Shown here: positions 58,238-64,000 of the stretch, one piece after another
Layout: each line of letters opens with the position of its first letter
How positions within the stretch are numbered: position 1 is the stretch's first letter
Assembly (NCBI GenBank): GCA_028277345.1
Contig: JANQGM010000026.1
Location: 76,998-140,997 of the forward strand
Source: Candidatus Bipolaricaulota bacterium
Lineage (GTDB): Bacteria; Bipolaricaulota; Bipolaricaulia; UBA7950; UBA9294
Direction of reading: 5' to 3'
Length of the DNA: 64,000 nucleotides
Notes under the pieces: model-generated
Seen by the model: the letters and a program-made list of their open reading frames with translations, nothing else
Told to the model about the DNA's origin: nothing
The model's database searches: none
Program-made: the position numbers and the translations under genes

Positions 58238-59308
58238 ATGAAAAGACTACTCATCGTTTCTACTGAACAGCACTCTGGAAAGAGCCTCCTCTCGCTGGCC
58301 ATGGGCCGATCCATGCAGGATCGCGGCTTGCAGTTGGCCTACATGAAGCCGATCAGCTTCGAGGTTTCATACGCCACCGGAGAACCCGTGGATCGCGATG
58401 TGGATTCCATTCGATCGTTGCTCTCGCTGGATGCGCCGTTGCGAGATATGGCGCCCGTCCCGCTGGAAGGAACTTTCCTCCGCGAAACCATCGAATCCGG
58501 CGATCGTGGATTCCGGCATCGAATCCGCGAAGCCTACGATCGCTTGATCGTCGATCGCGATGTTGCCCTCATCGAGGGACGAAGCTATCTGGGCTTGGGC
58601 GCCAGCGCCGGACTCTCAGATCCCGACTTGGCGGAACTGCTCGATGCCGACGTTCTGCTCATCACGCACTACGATGGTGAAGAAGCCATCGATCGCATTA
58701 TGTGTGCGCTACGCATGTTCGAAGGCCCAAGCATCATGGGCGTCATCCTCAAGGACGTTCCCATGGATCGGTCCTTCAACACGTTGTCCGAGGTCCTGGT
58801 GTCATTCTTGGCCAGCCGGGGGGCGGAGGTGCTTGGCATCATTCCCTATGATCACAACCTCCAGACCGTCAGCTCCGCGGAGATCATGAAGCGGCTCGGC
58901 GGCCGCCTCCTTACCCAATCGCATATCGAGCGCGATGTTCGGCATTTCGCGATCAGCGCCATGGGGCGAGAGGAGTCGCTTCGCCTGTTCCGCCGAACCC
59001 CCGACCTCGCCGTCATTACGGGGGGTGACCGAGAAGAAATTCACCGGGCAGCCTTCGAAGTTCCCAGTCTACGCTGTTTGATCGTAACCGGCATTCACCG
59101 TCCGAGTCGCGAAATCATCGATCTTGCAAACGAACGGAACGTACCCGTCATCCTCGCGGGGCACAACACCATGGTGACGGCCACACTATGCGAAGAGATG
59201 TTGCAGCGCACGTGGATCCGTCCCGGGCCCGCTCTGGATTATGCGGTCGACTATGTCCGCTACAACATCGATGTAGACAGGATTCTAGAAAAAGCTCGCG
59301 ACAATTAG
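58238..59308 (+). CDS. Phosphotransacetylase N-terminal-like (BioD-like P-loop + DRTGG) protein
   Basis: ST..HSGKS, YMKP, LIEG, VITGGDR.EI, CLIVTG; no PTA catalytic domain. Confidence 0.85.
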   Translation: MKRLLIVSTEQHSGKSLLSLAMGRSMQDRGLQLAYMKPISFEVSYATGEPVDRDVDSIRSLLSLDAPLRDMAPVPLEGTFLRETIESGDRGFRHRIREAYDRLIVDRDVALIEGRSYLGLGASAGLSDPDLAELLDADVLLITHYDGEEAIDRIMCALRMFEGPSIMGVILKDVPMDRSFNTLSEVLVSFLASRGAEVLGIIPYDHNLQTVSSAEIMKRLGGRLLTQSHIERDVRHFAISAMGREESLRLFRRTPDLAVITGGDREEIHRAAFEVPSLRCLIVTGIHRPSREIIDLANERNVPVILAGHNTMVTATLCEEMLQRTWIRPGPALDYAVDYVRYNIDVDRILEKARDN

Positions 59309-59721
59309 CCCGAGCGGATCTCAACATCGTATGAAATCTCAGCCACTCCGTTGAGTGAGTTGGCAATCGGGCAATACTTCGCCAACGACAAATCAACGGC
59401 CTTAATCAGATTGTCTTTCGGAACGTCTCCAGTGACTCGATAGATGAGATGCAGCTTGGTGATTGCCTTGGGATAGTGCTCCGCGCGCTCATCGCGAATC
59501 TCGATTTCAAGCGACGCTGGCTCCGTTTTCATTTTGCGCAAGACGGAGACAACATCCATTCCCGTGCATCCCCCCAGCGAACTGAGAAGGACCTCGACCG
59601 GACGAGCGGCGGAATCCGCGCCTCCCGAAGCCTCGCCCGCATCCATGTGTACGTCGTGTCCACTTGCACTTTTTCCGACAAACGCCATTCCACCGGTGTG
59701 TTCGACAATGGTCTTTCCCAT
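59305..59721 (-). CDS. OsmC/YhfA-like protein
   Basis: RP.E.LL..LGGC.G.DV..VL.K, AV.LS..KYC.I. Confidence 0.9.
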   Translation of the reverse strand: MGKTIVEHTGGMAFVGKSASGHDVHMDAGEASGGADSAARPVEVLLSSLGGCTGMDVVSVLRKMKTEPASLEIEIRDERAEHYPKAITKLHLIYRVTGDVPKDNLIKAVDLSLAKYCPIANSLNGVAEISYDVEIRSG

Positions 59722-59743
59722 GCTTCCTCCTCAATATATCCAA

Positions 59744-59784
59744 ATATTTAAATACTTGAAATTTCCAACGCCATACTATACCAT
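59744..59784 (+). promoter_or_regulatory. ArsR-type operator overlapping the arsR promoter
   Basis: Imperfect palindrome ATATTTAA-ATAC-TTGAAATT (59744..59763) overlapping TTGAAA-N17-TACCAT. Confidence 0.6.
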
Positions 59785-59792
59785 GCTCCGTC

Positions 59793-60113
59793 ATGGAAGC
59801 AAACGAAGGAGGCCGGATGGATGACCGAGCACGACGACACGCGTGGACCAGTGTGTTTTCCGCTCTTGCGAGCGAACCCCGCATTCATATTGTGGAATTG
59901 CTCTCTCATGGAACGGTCCAGTGTCAGGACATTTTATCGGAGCTCGATTTAAGCCAGCCGGCGGTGTCCTATCACTTGTCGAAGCTGGAACAGGCCGGTG
60001 TTCTTGAGAAGGAACGCCGTGGAACTCGGAATTGCTATCGCTTGCAGAGCCATGTCGTAGACCTCGTACGACTGATGACTGAGGAGGGTAAAGGACCATG
60101 GAACACACCGTAA
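59793..60113 (+). CDS. ArsR/SmtB family regulator
   Basis: F.ALA...RI.I..LL, LSQPAVS.HL..L..AGV...ER.G....Y.L. Confidence 0.92.
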   Translation: MEANEGGRMDDRARRHAWTSVFSALASEPRIHIVELLSHGTVQCQDILSELDLSQPAVSYHLSKLEQAGVLEKERRGTRNCYRLQSHVVDLVRLMTEEGKGPWNTP

Positions 60114-60337
60114 CCGTTTACAGCACGCCAGCATGCTCATGGTGCCAGATCGCGAAGGAACACCTGCGCGCAAATGGGGTTGAATTTGAGGATGTGGACG
60201 TTGCAGCAGACATGAATCGGGCCCGTGAGATGGTTGAGCGAAGCGGTCAATATGGCGTTCCCGTCATCGAAATCGATGGGAACATCGTCGTTGGATTCGA
60301 TCGAGACCGTATCGATTCGCTTCTGGGGCTTCAATAA
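60098..60337 (+). CDS. Glutaredoxin-like (NrdH/YruB-type) protein
   Basis: VYSTP.CSWC, SGQ.GVPVI.IDG..VVGFD. Confidence 0.92.
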   Translation: MEHTVTVYSTPACSWCQIAKEHLRANGVEFEDVDVAADMNRAREMVERSGQYGVPVIEIDGNIVVGFDRDRIDSLLGLQ

Positions 60338-60375
60338 ACTGCTCTGCCCAGGCCGCAGTCGATCGTCGCTGCGGT

Positions 60376-60957
60376 CTAGGCAGCAAATAGCGGAATCGGA
60401 TTCTGCTTCTCTTCTCGTTTCACCCGCGATCGTCGTGAGGGCGATTTTAACGACGTAATGCCGCTGACAAGCGGGAGCATCGTCTCAACTTCGATTCGCG
60501 CGAATCCTTCGTCCGGTTGGACAGCTTCATAGCAGCGCAACATGGCGTCAAAGCGATCGCGTGGGAACCCAGCCACGGCGAGTTTGGGCGTTTGCTTGGT
60601 CAATTCCTCCAACTGAAATTGCGCCAATTGATAGATCGTATCCACAGGCTCGTAGGGCATGACAACGGCAACGGTTTCTCGCCCCGTCATGCGCCCCAAC
60701 TCCACAAGCGACGCTCGTTCGCTGCGCAGCAAATTCAGATCGTCGACACAGACGATCGGAGCATCGGATTCTGCCGCCTCAATCAATGTCGAGGCATAGA
60801 TACGGTCAACGGCCCCTTCGTAAGACGAGTCGAATGACACGCGAAATGTCGCCCGCCGAATCGCATCTTTTGACACAACGGCCCAGTTTGCCTGTTTTTC
60901 TTGGAACGCCGATTTCCCGGAACCCGGCAATCCAACGAGTACAACAAGCTCTCTCAT
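60376..60957 (-). CDS. P-loop kinase (AAA_33 / polynucleotide-kinase-like)
   Basis: VLVGLPGSGKS, VVSKD.IR, VDD.NL...R, P.EGF. Confidence 0.8.
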   Translation of the reverse strand: MRELVVLVGLPGSGKSAFQEKQANWAVVSKDAIRRATFRVSFDSSYEGAVDRIYASTLIEAAESDAPIVCVDDLNLLRSERASLVELGRMTGRETVAVVMPYEPVDTIYQLAQFQLEELTKQTPKLAVAGFPRDRFDAMLRCYEAVQPDEGFARIEVETMLPLVSGITSLKSPSRRSRVKREEKQNPIPLFAA

Positions 60958-61067
60958 CCCCTCACCTCGTTCCTTCCTCGGCCAGTATGCGGCTCTAGTT
61001 AAAGTCGTTCAAGCCCTTATTCTCAGCTATTTTGCGGGGCGTATGTCCACTTCTACGAGCGGCCCAA

Positions 61068-62444
61068 TCAGTTCGCGACTGCCTCATAGGCATTGACAAG
61101 CCCGGCCCCATATGAGGAATCAGTGCCCGGCGTCCCCAAATCCGTCAGCGATGTCATCAAGATATCGGCGGCCTGCATCGCGCTGAGAGATGGATAAGCT
61201 GAGAGAATAAGGGCCAAGGTTCCAGTGACATGGGGAGCGGCGAACGAGGTCCCTGAGCGCGTCGCCGCACCGCCTCCGGGAATGAACGAGGTGATGCCCT
61301 CTCCTGGCGCGCACAGGTCGACGTCCGGACCATGCGAGCTGAAATCCGCAAGCCGATCGTTTTCCGTTGTCGCCGATACGGCAAGGACGTCGTCATATTT
61401 CCCAGGGAATAGCACGCCGGATTGTCCTGTATTCCCGGCGATTCCGACGATGACAACGCCGGCCTGCGCCGCCCGGCGGATGGCCGTCTCCAGGATCGTC
61501 GGCGGACGATCGTTGGCATAGATACTGAGGTTGATCAGATCGGCCCCATTGCTGACAGCATAGTCAATGGCTGCAGCGAACATCGTCCAGTCGCGAGACG
61601 AAAACTGGTTGTTGGAGTCCAAAAAACGTACGTCCATCAACCGAGCGCCCGGAGCCACGCCGACAATCGGCAACTCACCGGGTTGTGCGGCAAGGATTCC
61701 CGCGACGAAGGTTCCGTGCCAGTGGAGCGCGCTGCCGTGAAGCGAACTATTGTCGCCATCACGGAAATCCCATCCATGCACATCGTCGATGTAGCCGTTG
61801 CCATCGTCATCGATGCCATTCCCCTCAATCTCTCCGGGATTGGTCCAAAGGCTTTTCTGCAGCTGAGGAATGGATCCATCAATCCCCGTGTCAATAACGG
61901 CGATGACAATATCCCGGACGCTACGACGGCCGTGTGAAAACGCCCACGCGCTTTGCACGTTCAGGCGATCCAATCCCCAATTGACGGGCTGTTGATACAA
62001 CGTCCGCAGCCCTTCACCAAAGGAATCGTCGGGCGGCGCCAGAGGCAACTGAATGGGGAGAATGCGAAAGGCCACTGAATTGGAGAAAAGGACTCCAGAG
62101 TCAGACTCAAGCGCGATTTCCAACAGGAAGACGCCGGTCTGTTGAAAGTCCCAACGACTCTGAGAGATGATCGTCTGCGATTCTCCGGGGAGAAGCGATA
62201 GCGATGTGATCTGCAGCGTCTCGATGGTTCTTCCAAATTGATCGGACAGAATGGCTTGTCCGCGCACACTTCCCATGGCCGCATCGCCACGATTCGTCAG
62301 GCGAAACGAGATCCCAAAGGGCCGCAGCTCAAGCACATCGATCTGGGAGATCCAATCGCTAGCAGGAGATTGCCCCCATCCGATCATGGCCACGCCCCAT
62401 GCGAAGGCCATCGCGACAACGAAAACTCGCCAATCCGGTTTCAT
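61068..62444 (-). CDS. Secreted S8 subtilase with N-terminal Ig-like domain
   Basis: Catalytic triad motifs VIDTG, HGT.VAG, SGTSFAAPHV; NGIDDDGNGYIDD.HGWDF. Confidence 0.93.
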   Translation of the reverse strand: MKPDWRVFVVAMAFAWGVAMIGWGQSPASDWISQIDVLELRPFGISFRLTNRGDAAMGSVRGQAILSDQFGRTIETLQITSLSLLPGESQTIISQSRWDFQQTGVFLLEIALESDSGVLFSNSVAFRILPIQLPLAPPDDSFGEGLRTLYQQPVNWGLDRLNVQSAWAFSHGRRSVRDIVIAVIDTGIDGSIPQLQKSLWTNPGEIEGNGIDDDGNGYIDDVHGWDFRDGDNSSLHGSALHWHGTFVAGILAAQPGELPIVGVAPGARLMDVRFLDSNNQFSSRDWTMFAAAIDYAVSNGADLINLSIYANDRPPTILETAIRRAAQAGVVIVGIAGNTGQSGVLFPGKYDDVLAVSATTENDRLADFSSHGPDVDLCAPGEGITSFIPGGGAATRSGTSFAAPHVTGTLALILSAYPSLSAMQAADILMTSLTDLGTPGTDSSYGAGLVNAYEAVAN

Positions 62445-63745
62445 CCAGACAATGCGTCGATCGGCCCTGTCAACAAGCTCATCACATCTTCGATCGCCGG
62501 AGCGCCATCCTCGCCCCACCCCACCGGTACGACGACCAAATCGAAGGGGAAGCCAAGCTGGCTGGTAACATCTGGAATCAAGGTTCTTAACCGCTCGGCC
62601 GCCACGGCCGCGCCGTTATGCGGTGTCTCAGGGAGCAATGAGGCAAATCGACGATCGTCAATGCGGAAGAGCACATCGACGTTTCGCAGATTCCCCACCA
62701 GGAAGTTGGCCGTCCGCACGAGCGCTTCATTCACATCGCTTTCCGCTCGCTCCTCCAATCCTTTGAGGTCCACCACAAGAAGAGAGGTCGCGTGTTTGTA
62801 GCGGCGCGTCTTGTGGAGTTCGCGTTCCAACTCCGCCTGCAAATGATCGATGGTGTAGGTTCCCGTCAATTCATCCAGCACAACAAGCTTCATCAGCTCC
62901 TGCTCGTGAGAGTGAATGACCTTGGTCATCAAGTTGAATCCATCGATAAGCTGACTGACTTCATCCCGCTGTTTGGTTCCGGGGATTCGGCGGAACGGGA
63001 CCGGCACTTCGACTTCATAATCATGCTGGGCCACGGCCCCCATCGCTTGGGCAATCCGGCCGATCGGCTTCGTCACAATCGAGATCAAGGCAAGGTACAA
63101 CAACCCGCCGAGCAGCAAGAACCCGCCCAATGAAGCCAGTCCATACTTCCAAGAAAGCTGAGAGATATACCGGGTCTGTTCAGCAAGCGACATATCGACG
63201 ATCACCACACCCAGCAAATCGCCGCCTGAGAAAATCGGCTGATAGGCGCGAAGGAATGAAACGTCACCGGCGCGTTCCCGTTCCACTTCGATACGGCTAA
63301 GCCGGTCGTAGCGCACGTGTTCGTCTTCGGTAGCCAATACGCCGACATCGGTTGGATCCGTGCTCGCCACCACCAGGAATCCGCGCGCACTCATCCCAAC
63401 CACTGTGATTCCCATCACGGCTTCGTACCGTTCTAACAGGCGTCCAATGTCTGCATCCAGTTCATCCGAGTAGTAGAGGATGTAGTCTTTTTCTTGAATG
63501 GATTTCGAGATGACGGCGGCAACCGATCGAGCCCGGGATTCGTAGATGGCGACAATCGAGGATCGCAGGGAGGTCAGCGAGAACCAAAACAACGCTCCCA
63601 CCACCAGCAACGCGATCGCAAGCACGAGCACCACCAGCTTGCCCCGCAAACTCGTGCTGTATCTCAGCCAAGATCGCAGACGCTTGATCAGCCCGGCCTT
63701 TGAACCTTGCTGAACAACAGCCTCTTTGCTGGACTCCATCTTCAT
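62441..63745 (-). CDS. Membrane sensor with HAMP and degenerate GGDEF domain (alternative start 63739)
   Basis: 2 TM, HAMP (DEV.QL..GFN.M), D.LTG, but RIDDRRF in place of RYGGDEF. Confidence 0.85.
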   Translation of the reverse strand: MKMESSKEAVVQQGSKAGLIKRLRSWLRYSTSLRGKLVVLVLAIALLVVGALFWFSLTSLRSSIVAIYESRARSVAAVISKSIQEKDYILYYSDELDADIGRLLERYEAVMGITVVGMSARGFLVVASTDPTDVGVLATEDEHVRYDRLSRIEVERERAGDVSFLRAYQPIFSGGDLLGVVIVDMSLAEQTRYISQLSWKYGLASLGGFLLLGGLLYLALISIVTKPIGRIAQAMGAVAQHDYEVEVPVPFRRIPGTKQRDEVSQLIDGFNLMTKVIHSHEQELMKLVVLDELTGTYTIDHLQAELERELHKTRRYKHATSLLVVDLKGLEERAESDVNEALVRTANFLVGNLRNVDVLFRIDDRRFASLLPETPHNGAAVAAERLRTLIPDVTSQLGFPFDLVVVPVGWGEDGAPAIEDVMSLLTGPIDALSG

Positions 63746-63756
63746 CTCCTTTTCAC

Positions 63757-64000
63757 TTATTTTTGAAGAAACTCACGAGCCACGTCTTTCGGATCCGCGT
63801 GCAAAAGGCGAATCCGGCTCAGCATGTCGTGGACGACCTCATCCGTAATACGCCCGGCCAAGGCGGCGAGCAACTGAGGGATCTCTGCCTGTGTTTCCAC
63901 CAGGGTTGAGTGGACGACCATGGCGATAGCGGCTTCTGGGAGCACAGCATCCACGTCGATGATCGCAGTGAATCCTGCGATCGTGAGCGTCTCCTCCAAG
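63757..64000 (-). CDS. 3' end of an OsmF/OpuAC-like substrate-binding protein (partial)
   Basis: P.....L..L.G.I....,...DP.DVAREFL C-terminal pattern; runs off the window edge. Confidence 0.55.
   Translation of the reverse strand, partial: LEETLTIAGFTAIIDVDAVLPEAAIAMVVHSTLVETQAEIPQLLAALAGRITDEVVHDMLSRIRLLHADPKDVAREFLQK

Noticed and set aside
60376-60957. Kinase as part of a Pnkp-Hen1 RNA repair or toxin system
   Set aside because: No ligase, phosphatase, Hen1 or antitoxin neighbour

Overview
Gene-dense, GC-rich bacterial core-chromosome window of about 65 CDS and one tRNA-Leu(CAG). I saw no CRISPR array, integrase, transposase or prophage. Housekeeping content: secA, a CIRCE-controlled hrcA-grpE-dnaK-dnaJ operon, secG, pyrG, lptC-like/lptB, lgt, lnt, a stand-alone mraY, prfB with a +1 frameshift, ruvA-ruvX and rsmI. 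Transport and metabolism: nucleoside (BMP) and phosphonate-type ABC transporters, pdp, cdd and an acyl-CoA synthetase. Also present are two two-component systems and many secreted PKD or propeller proteins. The mix of a monoderm-type DnaK with diderm envelope genes suggests a deep-branching lineage such as Ca. Bipolaricaulota/Acetothermia (inference only). Best candidates for novelty: (1) an ECF sigma / membrane anti-sigma pair with an external glycogen-binding CBM48-like domain, linked to PKD-repeat surface proteins; (2) an unannotated ~190-nt multi-stem ncRNA carrying an anti-Shine-Dalgarno motif; (3) a Bacteroidetes-like Gln at +1 of most predicted signal peptides; (4) an apparently dead restriction-endonuclease-fold protein coupled to mraY; (5) RDD-PhnE fusion permeases; (6) an Lnt lacking the catalytic Lys; (7) frequent leaderless genes. 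All family calls come from motif recognition by eye, not database searches.
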